Shown in pieces: positions 40,252-53,664 of a stretch of 64,000 nucleotides of DNA. The translations under genes were made by a program, and so were the position numbers. The stretch comes from Octopus sinensis (taxonomy: Eukaryota), in contig NC_043017.1 of NCBI RefSeq assembly GCF_006345805.1, positions 6,200,001-6,264,000 of the forward strand, read 5' to 3'. Every line of letters starts with the position of its first letter. Position 1 is the first letter of the stretch. Below the pieces are notes generated by a model. It was not told the DNA's origin. It was given only the letters and a program-made list of their open reading frames with translations, and searched no databases.

Positions 40252-40572
40252 AGGCATGTCACTTAGTGGTTAAAGTACTCACCTCCTGATTGTTAGGTTG
40301 TGAGTGCAATTCTCAGTGGTGTATTGTGTCGTTGAGCAAGATTCTTTATTTCACATTGCTCCAGTCCACTCAGCTGCCAAAGGCGAGTAGGACCTGTTTT
40401 TCAAGGGAGCAGCCCTGTCACATTCTGTCTGTCTTGCTGAATCTCCCTGAGAATTACTTTATGGGTGCATGTGTCTGTGGAGTGCTCAGCCACTTGCATG
40501 TTAATTTCATGAGCAGGCTTTTCCGTTGATCGGATCAACTGGAATGCTCGTCATCATAAATGATAGATGCCA
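40252..40572 (+). mobile_element. tRNA-derived SINE family D (other copies ~2989-3225, 5908-6075, 51478-51795)
   Basis: Head cttagtggtta..gtgagttcaattc followed by tgt.(c/g)ttgagcaaga.actttatttca..ttgctccagt; resembles a CORE/V-type central domain (not verified). Confidence 0.7.
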
Positions 40573-40683
40573 GTATGTGTGTTTGTGTGTGTGTGTGTTG
40601 TGTGAATGTGTGTTGTGTGTGTTTGTGTGTTGTGTGTGTTTGTGTATATCAGGTTTGTTTTGTTTTTGTTTTTTGTTTGTTTT

Positions 40684-40896
40684 TTCCAGTTTCAGCTCTT
40701 GAGCTGTGGCCATGCTGGGGCACCGCCATTGTGGTGAAAGAGTACAGCAGGGATCACCACCATCCCCTGCCGGAGCCTCGTAGAGCTTTTTTAGGTGTTT
40801 TCGCTCAATAAACACACACAATGCCCGGTCTGAGAATCGAAACCGCGATCCTGCGACCGCGAGTCCGCTGCCCTAACCACTGGGCCATTGCGCCTC
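40684..40896 (-). mobile_element. tRNA-derived SINE family C (CpG-rich, young-looking)
   Basis: GAGGCGCAATGGCCCAGTGGTTAGGGCAGCGGACTCGCGG..GGTTTCGATTCTC; 3' GGCGGTGCCCCAGCATGGCCACAGCTCAAGAGCTGAAACTGG plus an A-rich tail. Confidence 0.8.
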
Positions 40897-41002
40897 TACT
40901 TGGTTGAGTAAAAAGTAAGCAATGTTTTGAACCATGAAGAATTTGTTCTGAATTTTTGCAAATTTTAGAATTTTTTAAACATATTTTTTGCAATTGTCTG
41001 AT

Positions 41003-41326
41003 TATACAGAGATGAACTTGTCCAAATGCATCGATAAATTAACATTGATAATTTTTTCATCGTTGTTCCAATCATCTGAAATGGAATTGTCAAAGTTCGA
41101 TATTCGAGCAATTTCGCTATTCAACTTCAAAACAGTATGTAAAGCATCTGAAACTGCTAGCAATATCAACGAAACATTTCGTGAGGAAATGACCAGTGAG
41201 TGGTCAGCTCGAAAATGGTTTATATGATTTTGCAGTGGACACCTGAGCCTTGAAGATCATGAGTGTAGTGGACGCCCATCTGTCATCGATGACAGTTAAT
41301 TAAAGATCATCATTGAGAAAGAGCCA
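41003..41326 (+). mobile_element. Mariner transposase N-terminal remnant (cecropia/Hsmar1-like)
   Basis: From ATG 41081: MELSKFDIRAISLFNFKTVCKASETASNINETF..SARKWFI*FCSGHLSLEDHECSGRPSVIDD, similar to Hsmar1 KQIRAIFLFEFK..AAETTRNIN..LEDEERSGRPS. Confidence 0.8.
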
Positions 41327-41665
41327 ACGTTTCTGCCAGTTGCCGCCTTTACAACAGGTGAAATACTGCTGAGCGTTTCGTCCAGCATGCTAACCATTGT
41401 GCCAGCTTTCCACATTAATTTTCAGTTGGTACTTCATTTATTGACCCCAAAATGATGAAAGGCGAGGTAGACCTCAGTGGAATTTGAACTGAAAACAAGG
41501 ACAAAGAAAATGCCATGATTCATTTTGTCTGGCATTGCTAACCATTGCTCCAGCTTGCTACCTTAATGTTCAGCTGGTACTTCATTTATCATCCCCAAAA
41601 TGATGAAAAGTAAAAGATCTCAGTGGAATATGAATCCAGAAAATAAAGACAGGAAAATGCCAATA

Positions 41666-42054
41666 GGCGCAGGAGTGGCTGTGTGGTAAGTAGCTTGCTT
41701 ACCAACCACATGGTTCCGGGTTCAGTCCCACTGCGTGGTATCTTGGGCAAGTGTCTTCTGCTATAGCCTCGGGGCAACCAATGCCTTGTGAGTGGATTCG
41801 GTAGACGGAAACTGAAAAGAAGCCCATCGTATATATGTATATATATATATGCGTGTGTGTGTTAGTCCCCCTAGCATTGCTTGACAACCGATGCTGGTGT
41901 GTTTACATCCCCGTTACTTAGCGGTTCGGCAAAAGAGACCGATAGAATAAGTACTGGGCTTACAAAAGAATAAGTCCTGGGGTTGAGTTGCTCAATTAAA
42001 GGCGGTGCTCCAGCATGGCTGCAGTCAAATGACTGAAACAAGTAAAAGAGTAAA
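41666..42054 (+). mobile_element. tRNA-derived SINE family A (full length, with central microsatellite linker)
   Basis: A-box-like TGGCTGTGTGG, B-box-like GGTTCAGTCCC, central (TA)/(TG) tract, 3' GGCGGTGCTCCAGCATGGC..CTGAAACAAGTAAAAGAG. Confidence 0.85.
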
Positions 42055-42133
42055 GTACTTTCTCCAGTAAAGGCAGAGAAAATACCATGAAACCTTTTGT
42101 CCAGTATGCTGACCATCGTCCTAGCTTGTTACC

Positions 42134-43116
42134 TTAACCCTTTTGCTATGGTCTTTATTTTGAGATGCTTCGTGTTTCTTTCTATTAATTTTAGATATAT
42201 CAAAGAATTTAGCAAAATAACTTTGCTATCATTAAGCTAGTGTAAGAACAAATTGTGACTAAAGTTTGGTGGAAGATTTTAATTCAAAACTTATGAAAAC
42301 TAGATATTTGTAATATGGAGTCAGAAGCGGTTTCAACCAGGTTGATATCAAAAGGGTTAAGAATTGTTTCTCTTTCATAGTTTTTAACCCTTTTGTTACC
42401 ATATTTCTGTTGAGATGCTCTGTGTTTCTTTCAATTAATTTTAAATATAACAAAGAATTTAGTAAAATAACTTTGCTATCATTAAGCTAGTGTTAGGAAC
42501 ATAAATTGTGACTAAGGTTTGGTGGAAGATTTTAATTCAAAACTTATGAAAACTAGACATTTGTAATATGGAGTCAGAAGTGATTTCAACCAGGTTGGTA
42601 TCAAAAGGGTTAAGAATTGTTTCTCTATTATACTTTTTAACCCTTTTGAAGGCGGTGAGCTGGCAGAAACGTTAGCACTCCGGGCGAAATGCTTAGCTGT
42701 ATTTCGTCTGTCATTACGTTCTGAGTTCAAATTCCGCCGAGGTCGACTTTGCCTTTCAACCTTTCGTGGTCAATAAATAAAGTACCAGTTTCACACTGGT
42801 GTCAATGTAATCGACTTAATCCCTTTGTCTATCCTTGTTTGTCCCCTCTGTGTTTAGCCCCTTGTGGGTAGTAAAGAAATATATATTTTAATCCCTTTTG
42901 TTACTATATTTCTGTTGAGATGCTCTGTGTTACTTTCAATTACTTTAAATATAACAAAGAATTTAGTAAAATAACTTAGTTATCATTAAGCTAGTGTTTG
43001 GAACATAAATTGTGACTAAGGTTTGGTGGAAGATTTTAATTCAAAACTTATGAAAACAAGACATTTGTACTCAGAGCCAGAGGTGATTTCAGCTGGGTTG
43101 GTAATGAAAGGGCTAA
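42134..43116 (+). repeat. Three tandem copies of a second piggyBac-like MITE (~223 bp plus ~24-bp spacer); third copy split by SINE-B
   Basis: TTAA CCCTTTTG...CAAAAGGG TTAA at 42134-42360 and 42384-42613; third copy 42637-42648 plus 42893-43116. Confidence 0.8.
42649..42884 (+). mobile_element. SINE family B monomer inserted in a piggyBac-like MITE
   Basis: Approximate 15-bp TSD TTTTTAACCCTTTTG / ATTTTAATCCCTTTTG. Confidence 0.85.
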
Positions 43117-44099
43117 TGTTAGAAATAATCATGAGGCTTTATGCTCGGATACCATCAACTTTCTGGGGTCAATAAGAGAAAATACTTGTAAAATACGAAC
43201 ACCAGGTTAATCGTCCACCTTGATTCCCTAAACGTGTTGGCACCATTCTATCACAGAATGAGGAAATATTATCATCAATTTTGCATTAGCAAGGCATCAA
43301 AGGTTCAGATGCTATCGGTGTAGGTTAATTGATCATCTTTAAAAGAGCCAGCAGAGCAACCTAAGTATGCACAAGTGTCACCAGCATGACTAAACTGTTT
43401 AATTTCCTTCCACAGTGTTTTGGGACGGTGGAATCTTTAATTTATGTGCCTCCCTCTTAACATATATCTCTTCTCTAACACATCATCATCATCATCATTA
43501 TTATTATTATTATTATTATTAATATTTTGATTATCATCATTATTGTTGTTGTTGTTGTTGTTATTTCATTTAACTAAATTTTATTATTGCATGCTTCTGC
43601 TGCACAAATGAATACAAATGGCTAAGTGTACCTTGGGTGTGTGCCATATATTTCTATTTATGTATTGTTTGTTTTTGTAAAATGGATGGGCGGGAGGGTG
43701 TTTTTTTTTCCTTTCGCATTTACTGTTATTCTTGTTGTTTTTATTATTATTATTATTATGATTATTATTAATATTATGATTATTATTATTATCGATTAAT
43801 TTTATAATTTGTCGTTAATTATTAATTAGTTAATGAAAAATCATAATATAAACAAACAAACAAACAGAAGCTAACCAGCATCAAGCAGCTAGCCCCCATC
43901 CTCCACTTCTCACACACACACACACACACAAATGTATTCACACACATACAGGCATAAATACAAACAACAACAACAACAACAAAAAAAACAACTAAACAGC
44001 AATAAACAAAATCAAAAGTGGAAGTTAAACACTTAATTGATCAATCTGATAGATTTTAATTGATCTGGGATACATTTGTTTAAATATTTTTACTGCATA

Positions 44100-45680
44100 T
44101 TTTTTTGTTCCTATTTTTCCTAATTAAATTTTCTAACCTATCTTCACCATTACCATCATCACCACCATCATCATCATCATTGCCAAAACTCCTCCCCACC
44201 ACCACTATTGTGGCAATTATCCTCATCGTCATCATCGTCATAATGATCGATATTGTCATCGTCAACATACCCACCATCACCCCCACCCCCACCACACCAC
44301 TGCTATCATCATCATCATCCTCAACATTGTCATCATCGTCATCGCCAATGTCCCCCACCATCACCACCACCACCACACCACTGCTATCATCATTATCATC
44401 ATCATCATCATCATCCTCAACATTGTCATCATCGTCATCGCCAATGTCCCCCACCATCACCACCACCACTGCATGAATATAGTAATTGCGATTGCCAACA
44501 TCCCCACCACCGCCACAGCAACCATCACCATCACCATCAATAACATCATGACCACCATCATCATGGTTTGTCAGGCACTAGCACACATCCCTTTCAGCTT
44601 TTTTCATATCACCTCCTCCACCATCACCTCAACAACCACCACTGCCATTACCATCACCACCACCTCAACAACAACAACAACAAGAGCACTACAACCGTAA
44701 CAGTGTCAAGTCACTTATCACAGTTCACACTTCACCGAATTGTGTTGCCACCACCACAACCACCACCACTACTACTACTATTATTATTATTACTACCACC
44801 TCTACTAACACCAACACCACTAACCCAGTCTACCCTCACACCACCATTACCACCCTCAACCACTACCACCACCACCACCACCACCACCACCACCACTACC
44901 GATAAAATTACCATTGCTATCTCCGTTAGCACCTCACCACTACCACCACTACTGTCACCATCACCATCACCGACCCACTCCAAGCTGGCACCACCAACAA
45001 CTACCACCACTACTATTGCTTTCAGTATTAACATTATCCTTATAATTACTACCACTGCCAACACTACCACCTGTACTAACTCACTCCACGCTGGCGCCTC
45101 TGCCAGTACCATTGGCACCAGCACCACCACTGTAACCACAACTGCCACTACATTTACCCTTGCTGTCTCCATAAGTAGCAGTGGCAGCAGTAGCAGCAGC
45201 AGCAGTACCACTATCACTGCCACCACCACCACCACTATCACTACTGCCACCAATACAACCTCTTCCACCGACACCGACACCAACATCACCACCATCAGTA
45301 AAGCAACCACAATCACTACCACCACCACCACCACCAACACCACCACCAACACCACCACCACCAACACCACCACCAACACCACCACCACCACCACCACTGT
45401 CACTACCACTTCCACTACCACCACTACAACCACCACCAACACAATCACCACCACCACCACTACCACCACCGTTGCCACCACCTCCACTACAACCACCACC
45501 AACACAATCACCACCACCAGCACCACCCCCACTGTCGCCACCACCTCCACTACTACCACTGTAAACACCACCACCGTCGCTACCACCTCCACTACTACCA
45601 CTATCACCACCACCACCGTCGCTACCACCTCCACTACTACTACTACTAATACTACCACAACAGTAACAATAGTAGCTAGA
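44100..45680. repeat. (ACC/ACT/ATC)n low-complexity block
   Basis: Trinucleotide-period sequence that produces spurious Thr/Val-rich ORFs on both strands. Confidence 0.9.
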
Positions 45681-46809
45681 TGATTAATTTGTATGTAAGC
45701 ATGTAACCGTTGCACAATGCAAAATAAGTCATTACATCGCACAATACGTACGTACAACAATGCTGCACCGCACAAATGCACACTGCAACACATTCAGGGT
45801 GCGGCGCACACACACACACTGCACTTCACACAACATTATACATACACACACACACACACACACAATATGATATAGAAAACAGTGAAAAACCACATGCAGT
45901 GCAGCATGCACAATGCATCACACACATACACACACACACAGTACGTTGTGCATACACCTGCAATGTGCCACATGCAGAGTGCAATAGGCATTGCATATGC
46001 AGTGCAGCAGTGTGCATAGCAATTTGAGTTAAACACCTGAAATTCTCTCTTCTTTCCTTTATTGCAAATTTCTTTTCCCTTATTCCCAACTTGTTGTTGT
46101 TGTTGTTGTTCTCCTTCTTCTCCTTTTCTTCTTCTTTCCTTCCTCCCTTCCTTCTTCTTCTTCACCGCTAATGCCATCATTTTCCTTTTCCTTCTAATCT
46201 GTGTTTATCACCATTACCGTTGGCATCATGTGTACACACACACACACACATACACACACGCATATCCACACACGTGTAAGCATATATGTATATATGCATA
46301 CACACACATACATACACACTCATGCATGCACATATATATATACCATACATGCACCATATATATGTAAGTACACCATACACACGTACACAAACATTATATA
46401 TATATATATATGTATGTGTGTGTATATATACGAATATACACACATTCTCATATATATATATATGCACACACAGTGTAAAAAAAATGTATATGCATATACA
46501 CATCTATATGTGTGTGTGTATGTATATATATATGAATATACACACACATTCTCATATATATATGCACACATATATACTGCACACACAGTGTAAATATATA
46601 TATATATACACACACACACATATACACATTAAACAAATGTCATGTATACAAACATTATATATGTGCGTGTGTGTGTGTGTGTGTGTATGTATAATGCAAG
46701 CATGCATTAGTAGATGTGCAATGTTAATGTGCATGGTTGACAGAGCACAAATTGAGCTGAGAGAAAATTTGGATAGAAGAGGAATAAGATGTAATGTGCT
46801 AGAGAGAGG

Positions 46810-46854
<45 letters not shown>

Positions 46855-47717
46855 GAGCCGGGAGTAGAGACGTGTGTGTTTGCATAAGGAGGAGGAGGAG
46901 TATGAGGAGTAGGAGGTGGCTGACAGCTGTGTGAAGAAGCCCAAGGAAGGCATCGAAATGGAAGAAAACACAGTTGAAAGGAACCAGCAAAAGAAACGTG
47001 AGCGGGAAAGGGTTGATGCTTGATTTCGGGGAAAAAACAAAATTTCACAAAGAAGATGAGAAGAAGCTAACTCCAAGAAATGGGAAGACGACGTAGAAGA
47101 AAACACCTGGAAAATACCTGGAAAACATAGGAAAGAAAAAAAAAAAGAAAACTGAAATAACAAAAAACGGAGTTAATGATGTACAAGTTCTATATTAATA
47201 TATATGTATGGGTACAGGACGTCACCAACAGTGCAAATAACATGAAATACGTAAATAAAGAACGGGAAAAAAATTGAGTGAAGTAACATAAGCAACGAGT
47301 GTGCATGCATAGACATGGTTGTGTCTTGTATTGTAGCCCTGGGACAACCCAAAGCCCTGTGAGTAGATTCAAGAAAGAGAAACTCAGAAAACATATATTC
47401 AAGAATATATATATGTATATATATATATATGCATATTTATATGTATATGTGTATAGATACTTATATTCATATATATATATTTATGTTCATATATATATAT
47501 ATATCTATATATTCATATATGTGTGTGTATATATATATAAATATATATATGTATATATGTATGTGTATCCATCTATCTATCTATCTATATATATATATAT
47601 ATATATATTTATGTATGTACAGGCAAAACTCTGACACATGGTACCACATGAGGAAACTGAACCTAGAACCATGTGAATGAGGAGCAAACTTCTCATCCCA
47701 GTTCCTTTAGTACATGC

Positions 47718-47745
<28 letters not shown>

Positions 47746-47748
<3 letters not shown>

Positions 47749-47900
47749 AGAGTTTACGAAAAACACAAAAGACGAAGCCAGGTGGTGTACAAAACAAACA
47801 GATGTATTAGTATAACACTCAGGAATAGAAAAAGTCTTTTATGTTTCGAGCCTACGCTCTTCTACAGAAAGGGACACAGAAAAAAAGTAACTTTAGAGAC
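47746..47900 (-). mobile_element. (TA)n-embedded repeat with a degenerate minimal hammerhead; related fragments at 24025-24070 and 63881-63924
   Basis: Minus strand reads GUCCCUUU CUGUAGAA GAGC-GUAG-GCUC GAAAC AUA|AAAGAC. The aaaacaaaagacgaagacaggtg segment recurs at ~24040. Confidence 0.6.
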
Positions 47901-48439
47901 AGAACCACTCAATCAACACTGAAAGATTTTATAGAAAAACCAAAGACAAAGACAGGTGTAGAAACAGCAAGCAAGTATATTAGTTTGACACTTGGGAAAA
48001 AAATATATATGAAGGCATACCTATATATATTTATTTCTTTATTGCCAACAAGAGGCAAAACATAGAGGGGACAAACAAGGAGAAAGGGATAAAGTTGATT
48101 ACATCGACCCCAGTACAGGATGAAAGACAAAGTTAATGTCTGCAGTATTTGAACTCAATATGTAACGGCAGACGAAATATCACTAAGCATTTCACCCAGC
48201 GCACTAACGATTCTGCCAGCTCACATACATATATGGGAGCAGTCAATTAGATCAACCCCAGTATGCAACTGGTACTTAATTTATCAACCCCGAAAGGATG
48301 AAAGGCAAAGCCAGCTCGCATACATGAAAATGTTATATAGTATGGTGAAGCACCATCTCGTTAGCAAGAGAAATACAAGCTGCACCTGTATTGAGTACTT
48401 TCCTGAATTAAAGTTTTCTTGATCCATGATGAAGATTTA

Positions 48440-48515
48440 AATGAATATCAACATATCTATCTATTCATCCATCTCTTTATCAGTTCATCTATCTTTCCAT
48501 CTATCTATCTATCTA

Positions 48516-48564
<49 letters not shown>

Positions 48565-48579
48565 TTATCTATCTATCTG

Positions 48580-48670
<91 letters not shown>

Positions 48671-48765
48671 TTCTGTCTATCTATCTGAATGTATGTCTGT
48701 CTGCCTGTCTATCTGTCTGTCTGTCTGTCTGTCAATCTATCTATCTATCTATCTGTCTATTTATG

Positions 48766-48802
<37 letters not shown>

Positions 48803-48914
48803 GTCTATCTATCTGTCTGTCTGTCTGTCTGTCTGTCTATATGTCTATCTGTCTGTCTGTCTGTCTGTCTGTCTGTTGTCTATCTGTTTATCTATCTGTC
48901 TGTCTGTCTGTCTA

Positions 48915-48965
<51 letters not shown>

Positions 48966-49074
48966 GTCTATCTATCTGTCTGTCTGTCTGTCTATCTGTC
49001 TATCTATCTGTCTGTCTGTCTGTCTGTCTGTCTATTTGTCTATCTGTCTGTCTGTCTGTCTGGCTGTTTTTCTG

Positions 49075-49150
<76 letters not shown>
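48440..49150. repeat. (TCTA/TCTG)n tetranucleotide block (similar blocks ~28300-28450, 38745-38825, 53150-53700)
   Basis: Direct reading. Confidence 0.95.
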
Positions 49151-50579
49151 CATATATATATTGTATCTAATCTAAGTTTTGTGTTTATTTGTAGCTTTAC
49201 ATATAAAAGTGTGTGTGTGTGTGTGTGTTCGTGTGTGTGTGGCCTCATTTTTTTTCTTTGCATGTCTATCTGTGAACATGAACTAATAGAAATTTTGTGT
49301 GCACGCATGCATACATATATACATATAAACATGAATATATAAACACACACATACATATGCCCATGCATGTACGTGAGTATACACACACACAAATATATAT
49401 GTGCATATTTATATATTTATACGTATGCATAAATTCCTACACACATATGCTTACATGCACACATATCTGTGTGAATGCATGTGTGCGCACACATAAAATA
49501 ATTGAAAAAAAAAATCCCCAAAACCTATGCCATGTTTCCAGGTGATGTAATGCGAATGTTTTTCCCAATTCCTATTTTTGGATAATTCAATTGATTGTCT
49601 TCTTCCCCCCCACCCCCACCTTCACTTCCTTTGTTTTCAATTTTTTTTTTTTTAATATTTCAAATTGATCTTCTAGAATACACACACAAAAAAGAAACGG
49701 TAAAAAAAATGTAAAGAAAAGAAAAGAAAAAAAATGATAATGCAGAATGGGGGGGGGGGCGAGTGTGTGGGAAGCGGCGAGGGGGGGGGGCGTTCTTAGT
49801 ATGGAACAATGCTCCTTATTGGCGTTTACACATCAACAACGGTAGAATTGCATGTTGTGGAACTGAAGGAAAGAAAAAAAATGTCTTATATATTTTCACT
49901 GTTTGGCTTAAAGATTAAACCTGCTGAACAATACAAGTATGAATTTGTAATTAGGAAGTACATGTGAATATGTCTGCGTACATTTATGCATGCATATACG
50001 TGCATACGTGCACGTATGTGAGCATGCATGCCCGTATATGTCTGTATGTTACCTTCTGTTTTTAATTATTTGAAATCTTCCTGCAAGGAAGGAAATGGTT
50101 TCTAACAAAGATTCAAAACTCCATTGTTGCAATGTAGATAAAAAAAAGCAAGAAAATAGACTCACGTTTTGAATTGGAGAAATATCTTGCACATTTTTAT
50201 TGTTCCGCTTACGAATTTTATTTGTAATATTTGTAATGTGTGCATAAACTGGCGGATTTCTTTTTCTGGAATCCTAGCTGTTCTAGGTTGTCACTTAGGT
50301 GTTTATTAACATAACTATGTGCCCCAGTTATTAACGGTTTCAATATGAACTTATCATCTGGATACACAAATTGGGAGTTTCAAAGTTGTTTCAATAGTTA
50401 TCCTCTTTCTCCTTGATTTTCATGGAGATATTCACTCCAGCAGAACAGCTGATCTGAATGACAGTACACATTTTTAATGAATGAATGAATGAATGTATGT
50501 ATGTATGTATGTATGTATGTATGTATGTATGTATGTATGTAGCTTATATATGTATGTAGCTTATGTACACACACACTTA

Positions 50580-51453
50580 CAGGGTGTGGTGAATATATTG
50601 TTGTCTAAATTATGCAAAAATGAAAATGATACTGACATCTCATTTTAACTTATATTTTTACTAAAATTACATAAAAATATCTTGAAATACTAAAGAGTAA
50701 ATTTATTTAATAAAATCGCCATTGGCTTCCACAACAGCCTCCAGATACCTTTGGAATCCCCTCCAACTCTTCTGGGTGGTCTTCTTGTTTAAGTTGGTGA
50801 ATGCTACCATTATCTTTGCCTTCAGTTCATCTTTGGTGCTACAGGGAGTTTTGTTGGTCTCTCGCTCAACTGTGCCCCACACATAATAATCAAGGGGGTT
50901 GCAGATTGAGGAGTTAGGTGGCGAGATGTTAGGGGTGTTGTGGTCACAAAAATTGCCTGACAGCCATGACTGGATTCTTCTGCTTATGTCGCATGGTGCA
51001 AAGTTCTTTTGCCAGACATAGGGTCTTCCAGCAGCCACCCGCCTGACCCAGGATAGTACTACCTCCTCCAGGCACTTGATGTAGGCTTCTGTTATTAAGT
51101 CTAAGGCCATGTGGGAAGATGAATGGAAGTATAATGTCACCATCACTAGTAATCACTCCAAACACTCTGATGTTGACTGGCTGTTTGATTTTTATCATTT
51201 TCAGTACATGTCCTCAGATTGACACCCAAACACTATGGAATGTTCATATTGGAGCTTCCAGTATGAACACCAAGCAGTACAGCATGTTGTTTCGAAATTT
51301 CTGGCAGAGTGAATTGCATCATATTGCTGTTTTTCTCACAATCGGTGCCCAACTAACCCTACTATACTGTGCAGTCGACAAAATTAAAAACAAACGATGT
51401 GCATGCATGAAATTAAAGACATAAAATGATGACAATTTACCCATCACACCCCG
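50580..51453 (-). mobile_element. Internally deleted DD37D (maT-type) Tc1/mariner transposon
   Basis: TA-flanked imperfect TIRs CAGGGTGTGGTGAATATATTGT / CGGGGTGTGATGGGTAAATTGT. Frameshifted transposase VFGVITSDGD..PFIFPHGLRLN..EAYIK..Q(K)N-x37-D in CNPLDYYVWG. Confidence 0.85.
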
Positions 51454-52413
51454 TATACACACACACCCATAAGTAAAGGCTCATGGTTCAGTTGTTAGAG
51501 TTTAAGGCTCACAATCAGGAGGTTGTGAGTTTGATTCCCGGTCCTGGCTGTGTGTTGTGTTTTTGAGCAAGACACTTTATTTCATGTTGCTCCAGTTAAC
51601 TCAGCCGCAGAGATGAGTTGCCAAGCTGTATCGGTCCCTTTGCCTTTCCTTTAGATAACATTGGTGGCGTGGAGAGGAGAGGCTGGTATGCATGGGTGAA
51701 TGCAGGTCTTCCATAAACAACTTTGCTCAGACTTGTGCCTTGGAGGGTAACTTCTGAGGTGCAATCCCATGGTCCTTCATGACCATAGGGGCTCTTTATA
51801 TACACACTCATGGGGGAGTTCTTACTCTTGTTTAATGCAGCAGCTGTGGACTGAAAGAGGCCTTATGACAGTCCCTGCTTTGTTTTGGATGGTGCAAAAG
51901 GGCTGGGGGGGGACTGGTGAACCAGGACAGCTCAATGCACAATGACCTCTGGGACCACTAGCCTGGGATAATGCTAGCCCCAGCAAGCAAGAGCATGATT
52001 GAGTTAAAGAGAGAGAGGGAAAGTGTGTGTGTGTATGTGTGTGTGTGTGTGGTGTGTGTGTGTGTGTGTGTGCGTGTTTGTGTGTCTGGATTCATTTTTA
52101 AAATGAATGGTGGTGGTGGTGGTGGTGGTGGTGGTACTGCAACTGCTGCTGCTAATGTTGCTACAATTACCACTGCTGCTATCACCATTACCAACATTGT
52201 AACCACCACCACCACCACCACCATCGCTATTGTGTGTGTGTGTATAAGTGTTCGTGTGTATGTTTGTACATATATGAGTCTGTGTATTTGTGTATTTGCA
52301 CCTATATGTATGTGTGTATTTATATATATTCACATATTTGTGTGCACACATGTGTGTGTGTGTACAGCATACATACATATATATGTGTGTGTGTTTATAT
52401 ATATATATTTGTG

Positions 52414-52473
<60 letters not shown>

Positions 52474-52529
52474 TCACACATACATATATATATATACACA
52501 CACACACATACATATACATATATATATAT

Positions 52530-52560
<31 letters not shown>

Positions 52561-53583
52561 CACACACATACATATATACATATATATACCTGTATGTATG
52601 TAGTGTTGTTTTCAGTTTTTGAAACTGCAATAGTACAGATGTTATATTTAGAGATACAGGAGAATTTTCATCTCTGTTTTATATACATCACCTGTTTAGA
52701 CATCTCGCTAAGGAAAGGAAAACTTTGAAACAACACCTGTGACTTTGTTTGCATCCAATGTAGAAAAATAGTTCTTTTGTGGCAAATACATTACATTATT
52801 CAGAGAGTGGGATTGAACCTGTGCAGAAGCCTTTCCTTGCTTTAAAAAGCTCTAGGCACAGGCATTGCTTAATTTCTAACACCTCTCTTATGTGTTTCAT
52901 ATTAAGGTTAGCCGTAGCCAAAAAAGGCCAAATGCTCAAAGAGAAATTCCATGATAGAACGAAGGCATGTGTCAGCGTGGGTGGTAAATTCTTTGAACAC
53001 CTGTTGCAAGAGGCACTTATCATTGCTAGATCTGTGTAAAAGAGTGTTGTTCCCAGGCAGGACTGAAAAAAACCCCCAGAATTATGCAGCTTTAAGGGAA
53101 CAATTTAAGTGATAACATTGTCTGAAATTGAGTTGAAGCCATCATCGTGTATGTAAGTATGTATGTATCCATATCTGCCTGTTTATCTATCTATCTGTCT
53201 GTCTGTCCATCTGTCTATCTATCTGTGTCTCTGTCAATTTCTCTCAATCTCTCTATTTGTCCATCCATCCATCTGTCCATCCATCTGTCTGTCTGTCTTT
53301 ATCTATCTGTCTGTCTATCTAGCTAGCTAGCTATGTGTCAGTCTGACTGTCTGTATGTATGTCTGTCCATCCATTTTTCTATCTATCTATCTATCTCTAT
53401 ATCTATCTATCTATCTATCAGTTTATCTATCTACCACTATCTGTTTATCTATCTGTCTGTCTATCTCCATCTATCTATATCTATCTATATCTATTTCTAT
53501 ATCTCTATCTATATCTATTTATCTATCTATCTGTCTATCCAACTGTCCGTCCATCCATCCATCTATCTATATCTGTCTATCTA

Positions 53584-53664
<81 letters not shown>

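Noticed and set aside
41666-41745. tRNA gene
   Set aside because: A/B-box-like motifs belong to SINE heads; there is no complete cloverleaf and the sequence continues into the SINE body.
43399-43460. Strong-looking acceptor tttaatttccttccacAG as an upstream rhomboid exon
   Set aside because: No downstream frame resembles the EF-hand region and no suitable donor was seen.
44568-45793. 371-aa Thr-rich and 353-aa Val-rich ORFs (mucin-like)
   Set aside because: Both strands are open only because (ACC/ACT)n lacks stop codons; no signal peptide, splice context or complex sequence.
48441-49342. Long LSIYLSVC-repeat ORFs; also the many [12 protein letters not shown] ORFs throughout
   Set aside because: These are translations of tetra- and dinucleotide microsatellites.
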